Of a DNA stretch of 64,000 bases, positions 50,701-59,700 are shown piece by piece. The stretch lies in contig NMRA01000066.1 of the NCBI GenBank assembly GCA_002633005.1, forward strand, positions 248,001 to 312,000, in the 5' to 3' direction. Below the pieces are notes generated by a model. That model made no database searches and was not told the origin of the DNA. It was given only the letters and a program-made list of their open reading frames with translations. Both the position numbers and the translations under genes were made by a program. Origin of the DNA: Phoronis australis. Taxonomy: Eukaryota > Animalia > Phoronida. Positions within the stretch are counted from its first letter, which is position 1. Each line of letters opens with the position of its first letter.

Positions 50701-51386
50701 TCAGGATGAACGCAAAGTCGCCATCTTACATTTATACGCCGGAATATCTACTTTGTTGTTGCTGGGTAAGTACTTAAAACTGCATTCCTGAGAAAGAGAA
50801 AGGTGGGTTGAAAGTAAAATCGTTTAGAAAAAATCGACAAGTCTGACAATGTTCAATTTCACCAATAAAATCGGATTTTGCGAACAAGGTTCCGCCAGTT
50901 CTAGCATTATCGGTGGAACGTGGTAACTACATGTAGTATATAATATTTATGTGCCGCAGTGAATGCATGTTTCCTTAAATGCGTGAAGATAGCAACTAGT
51001 AAAGACTTCGGTTTGGTTTGGTTTGCCTAGCATTTGATTTGATTTGTTTTAACTCTCCGTGATTGGTTGTTTTAGGAATCACTTGGGTGTTTGGATTCCT
51101 TGCCATCAACGAGGCTCGATTGGTGTTCCAGTACATTTTCTGCATTTGTAATTCGCTGCAAGGATTTTTCATTTTCATTTTCTTCAATGTCCGTGAGAAA
51201 AAGGTGCGCGATGCTTGGCGAGATCTGTTGTGTAAAACCAGGCAGAAACATGGCTTGTATTCAGAGAAGTCAGATACATCAAACCCACATGTCAGTCGGA
51301 CAGTAGAAGAACTAAAGAAAGAGAACAACTCTAATCATTCTACGGGCAACATGTATGTTGTGAACCCAGAATTCAAGGATAAGTAA
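8646..51386 (+). CDS. Adhesion GPCR gene A, full spliced model: SP-CTLD-CTLD-Ig-SEA-like-HormR-GAIN(+PAN insert)-GPS-7TM, about 1333 aa
   Basis: join(8646-8715,10616-10798,11907-11997,12077-12148,12793-12959,15308-15502,17015-17263,18316-18487,23404-23525,24240-24453,25297-25454,27377-27475,31961-32094,33404-33550,35596-35690,36035-36306,38097-38345,46136-46338,48557-48703,48867-48988,49499-49761,50118-50184,50566-50765,51076-51386). All introns are GT-AG with compatible phases; total 4002 nt. GPS motif CxCDHL/TNFAVLL and adhesion-type 7TM motifs (LHYLILVSFAWMLIEG, LGITWVFG, NSLQGFFIF). A small phase 2-2 exon could be missing between 18487 and 23404. Confidence 0.85.
10616..10798 (+). CDS. 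Gene A exon 2: C-type lectin domain 1, N-terminal part
   Basis: ttcag / gtaagt; ECLPGW...ICSK...TWQTGKQKC; phase 1-1. Confidence 0.85.
10938..11768. other. Assembly gap
   Basis: N run, preceded by (GA)n. Confidence 0.99.
11907..11997 (+). CDS. Gene A exon 3: CTLD1 WTG strand (SGDFWTGGHLDGESGKFYLDG)
   Basis: tttcag / gtaagg; WIG-equivalent motif; phase 1-2. Confidence 0.75.
12077..12148 (+). CDS. Gene A exon 4: 72-nt symmetric exon within CTLD1 loop
   Basis: ttcttcctcag / gtgagt; open in frame (YVSDFITPFCVPMHNTINVKSDK); phase 2-2. Confidence 0.55.
12793..12959 (+). CDS. Gene A exon 5: CTLD1 C-terminal part
   Basis: ttcttgccag / gtatgt; YQW...GDCV...RPCGDQLQVICQ; phase 2-1. Confidence 0.85.
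15308..15502 (+). CDS. Gene A exon 6: C-type lectin domain 2, N-terminal part
   Basis: atttcag / gttagt; CGSGW...CYKY...SFSDAEEHCQQQGGHLA; phase 1-1. Confidence 0.9.
17015..17263 (+). CDS. Gene A exon 7: CTLD2 C-terminal part
   Basis: ttacag / gtaagt; FIGL...FKWSN...YCYVM...LCSESHPFLCQK; phase 1-1. Confidence 0.88.
18316..18487 (+). CDS. Gene A exon 8: Ig-like domain, N-terminal half
   Basis: catttaag / gtaagt; PVTILKPPVDTVI...SVKC; phase 1-2. Confidence 0.7.
19600..21749 (+). mobile_element. Academ-like DNA transposon relic 2
   Basis: LSPLPTAPIEKYVSLRKGNKAIL; THAEAD and IRITCDNTDVSELL resemble XPG/PIN HEEAD...DTDV motifs; candidate terminus CCTAGACTA at 21741-49; many stops; left boundary approximate. 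Confidence 0.62.
20984..21008. other. Assembly gap
   Basis: N run. Confidence 0.99.
23404..23525 (+). CDS. Gene A exon 9: Ig-like domain, F/G strands
   Basis: ttttccgcag / gtaatt; GDAFGILTCEAWSYSPFAKVSSQPVLV resembles the Ig D-x-G-x-Y-x-C-x-A motif; phase 2-1. Confidence 0.72.
24240..24453 (+). CDS. Gene A exon 10: SEA-like domain, first half
   Basis: Strong polypyrimidine tract with cag / gtgagt; open frame ERYFVGWFLMPNARF...; phase 1-2. Confidence 0.72.
25297..25454 (+). CDS. Gene A exon 11: SEA-like domain, second half
   Basis: ttgcag / gtacgg; LGVHFNFTLRL...LDTLQSAM...SIDTQTIRL; phase 2-1. Confidence 0.72.
25926..26429. mobile_element. hAT-type MITE
   Basis: 8-bp TSD CAGAGGAG (25918-25, 26430-37); TIRs CAGTCCTTTATGCAG / CTGGATAAAGGCCTG; internal ggacgccc repeats. 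Confidence 0.82.
27377..27475 (+). CDS. Gene A exon 12: hormone-receptor (HormR) domain, N-terminal part
   Basis: ttccag / gtaaga; YCYP...TFPTSYAGTVASEQIC; phase 1-1. Confidence 0.8.
28142..28550. mobile_element. Non-autonomous TTAA-flanked element (Kolobok-like), copy 2
   Basis: Shares blocks gaacgagttttgtgtcg, taagtatcgtgacgtg and aggtacgtcatt with 1565-1940. Confidence 0.65.
28551..30217 (+). mobile_element. Kolobok-like DNA transposon relic with degenerate THAP domain
   Basis: TTAA on both sides (28547-50, 30218-21). TIRs AGGAGAATGTCAC / GTGGCATGCTCCT match 11 of 13. Frameshifted THAP CIVPACPN*...GISFF/LP...VRKW...LRVC at about 28716-28905. Confidence 0.75.
31961..32094 (+). CDS. Gene A exon 13: HormR C-terminal part and start of GAIN subdomain A
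   Basis: cctttcag / gtgatt; KCVGNFTTGLSW...PC...TDRLRILSQ; phase 1-0. Confidence 0.82.
33404..33550 (+). CDS. Gene A exon 14: GAIN subdomain A helices
   Basis: cttttag / gtaggt; ADLTSNATELNSADIVYVSIII; homologous to gene B exon 63892-64000. Confidence 0.9.
33882..34289. mobile_element. hAT-type MITE
   Basis: 8-bp TSD TGGACCGA (33874-81, 34290-97); TIRs CAGGGACTCATTTAGC / GCTAGATGAGTCCCTG match 15 of 16. Confidence 0.88.
35596..35690 (+). CDS. Gene A exon 15: GAIN subdomain A
   Basis: ttgcag / gtatga; VTKYVLLTYNNVMD...SQRVYNASSR; 95 nt, same length as gene B 63462-63556. Confidence 0.9.
36035..36306 (+). CDS. Gene A exon 16: GAIN A/B junction and first beta strands
   Basis: ttttcag / gtttgc; EVLPNVALAIFDQG...ITIALPASAVEPK; 272 nt, same length as gene B 61111-61382. 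Confidence 0.92.
36571..36644 (-). mobile_element. tRNA-derived sequence (SINE head or tRNA pseudogene)
   Basis: A box TGGTGTAGTGG and B box GGTTCGACCC with tRNA-like spacing; acceptor stem does not pair. Confidence 0.6.
38097..38345 (+). CDS. Gene A exon 17: PAN/apple domain inserted inside GAIN
   Basis: ttttatcttag / gtaggt; 249 nt, phase 1-1, no stops; SREDCASLC...CASFNF...KACELF is a four-Cys PAN pattern. Confidence 0.78.
41350..43620 (-). mobile_element. Possible heavily decayed Academ-like relic 3
   Basis: Minus-strand fragments LKQLLFFVGEQ, HCSHE...DSRLL, QFLCSLY, QNTWKS, DWG occur in the expected order; boundaries approximate. Confidence 0.4.
41995..42200. repeat. Dispersed 200-bp repeat family; other copies at about 1075-1270, 5420-5620, 13400-13630 (+) and 53850-54090, 55190-55350 (-)
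   Basis: Shared degenerate blocks taatgc-ctg...tcgacaaccc, agcgtgacctacgcttt and gaatcct-ctt. Confidence 0.6.
44203..44777. other. Assembly gap
   Basis: N run. Confidence 0.99.
46136..46338 (+). CDS. Gene A exon 18: GAIN subdomain B
   Basis: ttttag / gtatgt; KISFILYNNWKLF...SKIVSAKI...LEEPLEATF; homologous to gene B 60022-60215. Confidence 0.92.
47304..48160. mobile_element. MITE with 9-bp TSD (Mutator-like)
   Basis: Direct repeat AGTTTTAAC (47295-303, 48161-69); TIRs GGATTGTTCTAAACCCC / GGGGTTTTAGAACAATAC; inverted subterminal GACCC/GGGTC arrays. Confidence 0.78.
48557..48703 (+). CDS. Gene A exon 19: GPS motif
   Basis: ttctatgtag / gtaagt; CGYWD...FSQEGC...CLCDHLTNFAVLL. Confidence 0.96.
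48867..48988 (+). CDS. Gene A exon 20: TM1
   Basis: ctctcaag / gtgagt; ALSIISIIGLSLSIVGLLCTIITF. Confidence 0.95.
49499..49761 (+). CDS. Gene A exon 21: TM2, TM3 and start of TM4
   Basis: ttccag / gtgagt; LFNLSLALL...CITVAVLLHYLILVSFAWMLIEG...AWG. Confidence 0.96.
50118..50184 (+). CDS. Gene A exon 22: TM4 and ECL2
   Basis: tttacag / gtacgt; IPLLFVVIPVAVNPDLYGGKE. Confidence 0.92.
50566..50765 (+). CDS. Gene A exon 23: ECL2 CW motif, TM5, start of TM6
   Basis: tctttcag / gtaagt; CWLSRDLFYYGFMIP...LLLLG. Confidence 0.96.
51076..51386 (+). CDS. Gene A exon 24: TM6, TM7 and C-terminal tail
   Basis: gttttag; GITWVFGF...NSLQGFFIFIF...KVRDAW; stop TAA ends at 51386. Confidence 0.96.
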
Positions 51387-51801
51387 TCGAGTGGCGACAA
51401 CGGTGGGGACGCTTTCCAATGTGATACATTGTGACGGTAAGACATTCTTGCAGGCCCCGTTCCAGCTAAGCAAGCTACCCCTGATGGCAAGTAATTGAAG
51501 TCGTGTGCCTTGGTTGTAATGAATGACTGTATCTCCCAAAGATTTTCACGAACTTGCCAAACTCGCTAGTAGCTTGCCGTACGGAGCGCAACCATGAAAA
51601 ACTGAGGAAGTGCAAACTGCACACACAAAGGACACGTATAGTTGGCTGTCTCCTGTCATGTTGGCGTTCTTGTGGATATTCTATTGCGCACGTGTACATT
51701 GTAGCCGGAATAGGTTGGATGAAGCTGATGCATATTTTTGTACATTGCATTGAACCCCCAGTCTTTTTACTGGATTTGATGCCATACCCCTAAAGCACAA
51801 T

Positions 51802-51925
51802 AATAAACATGTATTAGACATATATACAATTTCACACAAACGAGTTTAGTGTACTGCTGCAATAATTACTTTTACATCGATCGTCTTCATACATGTATGT
51901 GTATCATATGCCATCTGCTAATAAA
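51802..51925 (+). promoter_or_regulatory. Candidate polyadenylation signals of gene A
   Basis: AATAAA at 51802-51807 and 51920-51925; the second is followed by a T/GT-rich tract. Confidence 0.4.
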
Positions 51926-52276
51926 TCAGAACGTAGATAAATACGTTTTTTGTTTCCTTTGATGTTTATGTTGACATTTAATGGGCAATTAAGTTAAATT
52001 TGCATTACATCCTGTTTAGCTGAGTAAAAAACAAAAAACAATTAAACCCTTTGCTCTAATAAAATCGGTCTCATAATATTCCTTACCATAATAGGATTTG
52101 GTTTCCGTTACCAGAAAAAGAACATCGAAACTATTAGTAACTCGGGAACACGTTTCAGAGTTCATTAGGGTCCGCCAACCCTAAGATTGCGAATTTGAAA
52201 ATGACGCATGTACGCATTATCCTGCTGCCTTTGGTGGTGACAGAAAAGGAATTCTATGACGGCAAGGGATATTACG

Positions 52277-52540
52277 AGCGCGCACCCAGCCTTTAATCTG
52301 AGGGGCTCGAATTTCTTTCGATGTGGACATTTTGCTAACAAAAAAGCGACAGGACTTAAAAAACAAAAAACGGGGTACCACCTTCAGAACTGTGACCTGT
52401 GCGTCTGCCCCTTTTTAGTGGACTTTTGTCTCGTTTTGTAGGATTTTTTGTTTCTCTGAGGCGGCCCTTTTTGCCCACTTCGCCAAATGGGGAGGAGGGC
52501 TAGTTCGAGCCCGCCGAGCCCCCGCCGGGTGCGTGCATGG
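52277..52540. repeat. Short interspersed MITE family; other copies at about 1283-1500 (+) and 17888-18135 (-)
   Basis: Shared tttagtggacttttgtctcg and tttttgcccacttcgcca; ends gcgcaccc / gggtgcgtgc. Confidence 0.7.
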
Positions 52541-55500
52541 AGAGTAAGGCCTAATTCGATTTTGTAAACAAGTAGAAATGTGAAAGTTGCGAGGGTTTTA
52601 GCCGAAATATATAATAAGGAAGAGACAAGCCAATAACCCTTGTTGACGGGCCAGACCTTCCTATTAGGCATTCTGGAAGGTTCCTTAAACACGTGATGTG
52701 GCACGTGTAATGAATTTATATTAGCCAGCGATGATACGTGTCTCGCAAATACAATCGGCAATGGTCTATTGTGGTGCTTACTAGAGCCTGTTTCGTGAAA
52801 AGTGACTTGAGACCCTAAATCAAGAAATTTCGGCTAATGGCCCCCACTTTACAATGATGTACAAAGTGTAATTGTTAACACATTTAGCAGGTGAGTGGTG
52901 AAACTTATCCGTTGCAAAATGGTGGATGTTAACCTGCATTTGATTAAAGATGTGAAAATTACGAAAAATAGACAAAAAACATAAAAATGCCCAACGACTG
53001 AAAAAATTATCATAGAAAAAAATTGTCTTTCTCGTAAGTTCAATTACATTTTGTTTAAGTGTAGTTATTCGTCCCGTGCGTACAATACTGTGAAGAATGC
53101 AGTTAGTGTCCGTGGTAAATTTAGAGCGTCCTAAATTTCCCATATTATGTTTCTCAACTACAAAAAAGTGTTTGCGACGTGATATAGTACATTTGCTATG
53201 TATTCGCTCATTGGTGTTTTCATTTTAGTATCTGCCATTCTCATCTACTTTAAGACTAGACCCGCTAAATTCCGGCATTATTGTTGGCAAATTTTGAGGT
53301 AAGCATAAAAATCAAAAGTGCCGCCAGGAGGTGTAGTACTGTAGTTAAAACTGTCCATAAATCTTCATAGCGATTCTTCAAACCCTTTAGCAGATAGACA
53401 GGCGGCTACCATAAATGGCGGACAAAGTACTAAAATTGAGGTTAGACGGCTCAGAACATGCAGGGGTTGTGATAAAAATATTAATGGAGGTGCTGTACAT
53501 GTTCTGTATGTGCATGGACGTATAGAAAGAGTTTGCCGCTGAGAGACAAATGTTGTCTGCTATACGGTCTGATCATTGAACGAGACTAACTTCAACAGAG
53601 GAGCTTCAACTTTTTGCCAAGCAGTAGCATCCAGACAATATATCGTCAGTTTTAATGGTTTAATTTTTGCTGAGTACATGTAGTTCCAACATGTCAGTTT
53701 AGTAGAAATGCGGTTCATTCATAAGGTAATGTAGGCCTCCGGCCCATATCACTCTTACAATGCTAAGAATTAACAAAGGTCAGATAAGTCATTTTAAAAG
53801 GATGACTAAACCCTCTTTGAGGCATCCAACGAGTCGTTCTGCGCCACTAGCATTGGCGTCTTACTTGAGTGATTCAACTAAAAATTCCATACCCTGTGCG
53901 TCACAGATAGGATATAATATATTATGGTTCTTGGGGGGGTGGTCCTTCCCTACAGTTGTGTAACTCGTCTAAAACGTAGGTCACGCTTGCCCGTTTTATT
54001 AGACTTCATCAGGAATTTCCAAATTTTGCTCGAAGCTTTTGAGGGTTGTCGAGGGATACAGAACATTATTTTGTTTCAGAGAACTAAATGGGACTGTCTT
54101 TGTTAATATCTGTTAGTAGGCCAAAAGCAGCTTGCATCCAGCTAGCCAGAGCAAGTGAAAATGTGAACACCGCGACACTTCTTTATCTTGACCACAAACA
54201 AGTTGTTAGTCAGAACAACAGAAATATGGTTTTCGATAAGACTGGCACACTTACATGTACTGAGCAGACCAACCGCTAACGGAGAAAAACTAAGACAAGA
54301 ACTCACGGAACATAAGATCGAAGAGGCGGTCGGCCTCACGATCAGCCGGACATATTCCCTGGCACGAACATATTCCACGACAAAATAATTACACCCAAAG
54401 TGAAATAACTTGAAATCCACCTTCCTAGAGTGTCGCAAATATTCCTTTGTCTTAGGATCTGTTGTGAATTAGGTCGTCAATAAAATATGAGGAGCGTATC
54501 TGGTTGACAGTGTACATGTACGTGAACTGGCCGACTCGCCAGACCTTGCTTTTCTAGTGAGGTACCAGTGTTACTGAGCTTTGCTCGAGAAATGGGTTGT
54601 TCTACATGCCATCCCAATGTAGCTAGTACTTTCAGTCAGTCATGGCGCGGCAACATGTGAACACTCTTGGCCAGTGGACATTCATTGCTCAAGAAAACAA
54701 AAAACGGTCTCTTGATGAGTTTGGGACACTAACAGTGGAGATCAACAATGTAAGTGCAATACCCATAACGCCTTGGTTCAGCCAAAGGCACAATGATTAT
54801 CAATGACAAACTTAACACAGCCCGTTATTGGCTCCTTACTAAACCATACTACGCGACAGTATTCGAAATTTTGCTTCGTTAAAGTGATGAAGAATACTGC
54901 TTGGCGATTTCAACCAATTCTGGTTCTGTTCTTTCTTGCTCCGCAATGCACCATCGGCTTTTAGGTGTCGTTAGCTTTAACTGATATTAAATCCCGCTGT
55001 TAAATAGAGATATCAGTCGAGCAATCCTCGAGCTACCTCTATCAGCGTTTTAGAACGACAAACGCAGGATTTAACTAAAACACATAATCAGCTAGTCACA
55101 GAAAGGATTATATCGGGTTCTTGGTGGGTGATCTTTCCCTACACTTGTAGAGTTGCCTAAAGTGAAGGACGCGCTTACTCATTTAACAGACTTGGAACCA
55201 ATGGCATCTCACTTTGAGTGATGTAAGCAGGATTCAAATAAAAACAGTCATACTCACTGTGTCACAGACGGGATGTCGCGGTTTTTGGTGGGTCGAAGTC
55301 CTTCTCACAGTAGTCACCAGCGAACTCGTCAAAGCGTAGGTCACGCTCAAAAGAGCATGGTGACACCTAGTGCATGACATCCTATCTTTCATCTGTATGA
55401 AGCTCAGCTTATGTGAATAGCCACGTATTCTTTGAATAGCATCGAAGACTTGGAATCGTGGATAGACCGCTGTGCGTAACTAGTTGTTTTTATTATTTTT

Positions 55501-56492
55501 GTAATACATATGCAATTGATTTACACCACATTTGGTTTGCGCTTGTAGGATGTGGTAACGGTCACTGTGGCGGACGTGGCCTACATGTCCGAAGCTCGAC
55601 CTTCAACCTGAACAATTCAATGCAACCATTCGAGTTGATTTGGGATTTTCAGCACAACTTTTTTCTCAAATCGATCTTCAAAATAAAATTGTCCCCTCCT
55701 TCGCCGCTGTCCAACTACAAGCCAACCTTTTACATTTATCGCCGAGAATGTCCGACACTGCATTCAAAACGTCACAAGTGACAATAAGGATCGACCAGGT
55801 TATGCGCAACCACTGGAAATCAACACCGTCCAGAGTAATGAAACCCATAGCCTATCCGACGTTCATGTCCAGGACTCATTCTCTGTTTGAGACATGCCTG
55901 GAACAGACCGATATGGTATTAATGGGTCTATTCCCCATAAATGTAGTTCGATGTCTCAAGGGCTATGGGGTGTCGCCTCTTTGAAATAAGCGGCACACGG
56001 AATGACACCTACGGTAACTGTATTTATACGCGAACAAGTTCCCTCAGCACATGTCATTTTGCAAGAGTCCTTCAGACAAACCTAGAGTCTTTGAATAATT
56101 ACGGACTCTCCTGGGCATGCAGCCATACCTTCTCAGATGGAATCCCGAACGTCAAGTGAAACCAAGTCGAGTTGACTGTATTACATGTATTGCAAATTGT
56201 TACAGACTTAGTTGATATTGTTTATATGTAAAGCAATCATTAAATATCACTTGTATGGTAATTTTCTCAAGGGTTTAGATAAAAAGGAAATTAGTGAAGT
56301 TAGTCTAACCAATTTGAGCTGTAATATTTTGATATACACGTAAACTACATTTGTCATACATGTAGTCTGTGTCCCGAATCTTACCGGTATGACAGCAAAT
56401 GATTAATTTTTTCCTAATATCCATTGACGTTGCCTAAACACAGTCCTAATTGTAACCTGGATTATGTGTTTCTAACTATTGGATCGAGGCAA

Positions 56493-56776
56493 TCACCATC
56501 GTCCTGGATTTAAATTTATAGGAATCTTGCCTTTACTTAGTTCTTCAGAAGACCGCCTGACATTCGAATTGTACGTTTCACAGTTAACAGAATACGGCCG
56601 ATCCCTTTGTTTGTTTTTGCAAAACAGGCCTCGCCAGGCATTTCGGACTTGTTTCTCACGTAGGTTGAAGAAAATGAAAATGAAGAACCCCTGCAACGAG
56701 TTGCAGACACAGAAAATATATTGGAAGGCTAATCGAGCCTCGTTGATGGCGAGGAATCCAAATACCCAAGTGATCC
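56493..56776 (-). CDS. Gene B last exon: TM6, TM7, tail
   Basis: gtttcag acceptor; GITWVFGFLAINEARL...NSLQGFFIFIFFNLREKQVRNAW; ends NPGRW-stop. Confidence 0.95.
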
Positions 56777-59700
56777 CTGAAACGAGGAAATAATGGCAGT
56801 CTTACCATGGCAATCGAATGATACTACAAATAACATTTCAATGGATCAAAGCTATCCCGTTGCCGTTTATTTTTATCATTTAGTCGTGAAATTAAGAATT
56901 GCTCAGCGGCACTACCTCAGAACAGTGCAAGTTAAATAGGTCACAAATACTTGATTATAGATATATGTCATTGACGTTTGTCTTCACACAGCTAATTGGA
57001 CGGCTATATTCTGCATGGGTAGATTTTGCAGACAAGTACACGATCTGTGTTATCGGTGTCAAACACTTACCCAAAAGCAGAAGAGTTGATACTCCGGCAT
57101 ATAGATGTAAGATGGCGATTTTGCGTTCGGACTGGTTGGTCTGTAGATGAGTGACTCTTGCGCAAGTGAGCGCGCGTACAACCAAAACAAAGAACGTTGT
57201 GTTGACCACAATGGCACTACATATCGGAATCATGAAGCCGTAATAGAACAGATCACGGGACAACCAACAACTGAAAGAGAATACCAAATGCAGGCATACA
57301 CACGGTGCAGGAGATATTTTAACTTCCAATAGCAAATTATGAAACCAATCCGGGCTTGGGTTCGGCAAACTTGAAAACATCACGAACACGCAAGATCACG
57401 CAAGATTTTGCGAAATATTGCCATGTACTACAAGAGAAGTACGTGGTCACAATAGTTTCCTTCGCGATGATTTTGTGTCTCCGGATTAGCAGTGTGTCAG
57501 TGGGCAGCGGTGAATCAACGGGGGTAAGGGTCTTCAATGCCTCTCAATAAATGGCCTCTAGTTAAAAGCCTGTTTCTCGTTCATGTTTCGGTGACGAGGA
57601 ACGTTGCTGGATTCGAAATGTCGCGGGAGGCCGACCACAATTTCCAAAGTATACACGACTGCAACTGTCATCAGCGATGCTGTGCTTCTCACAACGAGGC
57701 TTATTTAACCACTGGATCTGCCACGCGACTGCCACATAGTGTCTCTACTCCGATGGTTCAATTCAGCGCAAGTTCGCTATTCCGAATGTTCGTGTACATG
57801 TACTATTTTATTATTGGTGGACACTCGAAATGATGAACCTTAACCCCTTGTCACATGATTTGTTTTTCTATGTCATCTGGGCCTTCTGTGTTTATGCTAC
57901 TTTTCAAGAAATTCCGGGCCACATTCCTATGTTGAAGACAAATCTGAATCATCACTTTTCACCCACAGTACTTACTACTCTTTTCCACCGTAGAGGTCGG
58001 GATTTACAGCAACAGGGATTATAACGAAGAGTAACGGGATTCCTGTAAGTGGAAATTTGAAAACACCGGTTAGCCAACAGAGAATAATCCATTTTCAAAC
58101 TGTACGTGTTTACATTTAGTTCACTGGAAACTTAAATAACACGCGTCTTTTTGAGTGTTTTGCAGTACGGGTACTTTTGTTTAGAAATTATAATGTACAT
58201 GTAAATTTCAATTGACTTGCAGGTGAGTGCAAGGGTTACCAACATGATATTATACCCCCACGCGAAAATTTACCATTTCACATAACAATGTCGTCTGCCT
58301 TATCATACAGCATTTCCTGCACCTAAAGGGTTGGCATAGGCCTCTACCAATTTGCATGCACGCTGTCGCCATGTGGCCATCACCAATCACAGTTCCGAAT
58401 GTCGAACCTAGGAATGCGAACCAGTCGACCACCATCTACTCACCCCATGAGAGCAGACATGTTTTCAACATGAACCGCGGAATGTAGGTACCAAGCACCT
58501 TAACAAATCTCAAATACTGCACAACCCCTTCGACCACCATCCAAGCGAAGGAGACGAGAATCAAGTAATGAAGTAAAACCGCGACAGCAATACAACCAGC
58601 TCTGTTTGTCGTCTGCTTCACTCCCGCTAAGAACACGATCATACTCAGCAGGAGAGCCAGGGACAGGTTAAACAGTGTTTGTTGGGATCGGCCTTTGCGG
58701 AGTTTCCTGGAAGAAAACCACCTAAGATCTGAGAATTGGAATGACCAATGCTATTTCATTATATGTAATTTTATAACAAATTGTCTCAAAGACTCGTGAT
58801 CCAGTTGAACGAACATTTTTTCAAACAACAAGGATGGTAATTAGTGCTACATTGGTTCAGTCGGTCGTCTCGTAAAATCATCACTGCAACAATGAAATGC
58901 TACTTTGTAATTTACTGATTCATTCATGTTATCGCTTCATAAATGAACGCTCACCTGAAAACCAAGTACGTGATAATAGTGCAAAGGAGTCCGGTAATGG
59001 ACAAAGACAGACCAATGATACTGATGATCGACAGAGCAAGCCTGTTATCTTCGTCAATGGGTGTTCCGTGTATATCCTAGACAACATGAAAGCCTGAATG
59101 TACGGTACAAACAGTCACCCGCGTGATATTTACTGACATCCAAACAGGTGATATATTGCTTTTAATACCTCTGGATCATATTGACCGGACAGCTGAAAGG
59201 CAATAAGCAAAGACGCAAGCTCAAGGAGCCCCCACAGACATTTAAAAGAGGTTTGTCCTGTGCGCATTTTAAGTGTTTTTGTTGTTGAACGGCAGATTGC
59301 CCTAACTTGTGAAAGTCACGTGAGTGGACCAGGATATTTTTTTTTTATAATTCATGTACGTCCCGTAACAACTGTGACGGTAGCCAGAGAAATATGTTAC
59401 GCTTTTGTATGTGATTTTAGGTGAAGACCAACAACATCGGTCCCTGAAAGAGTGCCCATGAGGTGCTTTCTTAGTAGGTACTGTACTACGTCGGAAAAGC
59501 CCGGGGATCTGTTTTTAAGTATAATAATAGTACTTAATCAACATTTGCACTCACCAGCAATATTGCAAAGTTTGTGAGGTGATCACACGTACAAACATGC
59601 CGTCCATTCACAGTGCCGTTGGTCCAGCATCCTTCTTTACTGAAGTCTCCAATATTGTAGTCCCAGAAACCACAAACAATGGACGCATTGGGAAACTTGG

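Noticed and set aside
50996-51328. Antisense ORFs over the terminal exons (also 56479-56793 and 36020-36274)
   Set aside because: Shadows of the real coding exons on the opposite strand
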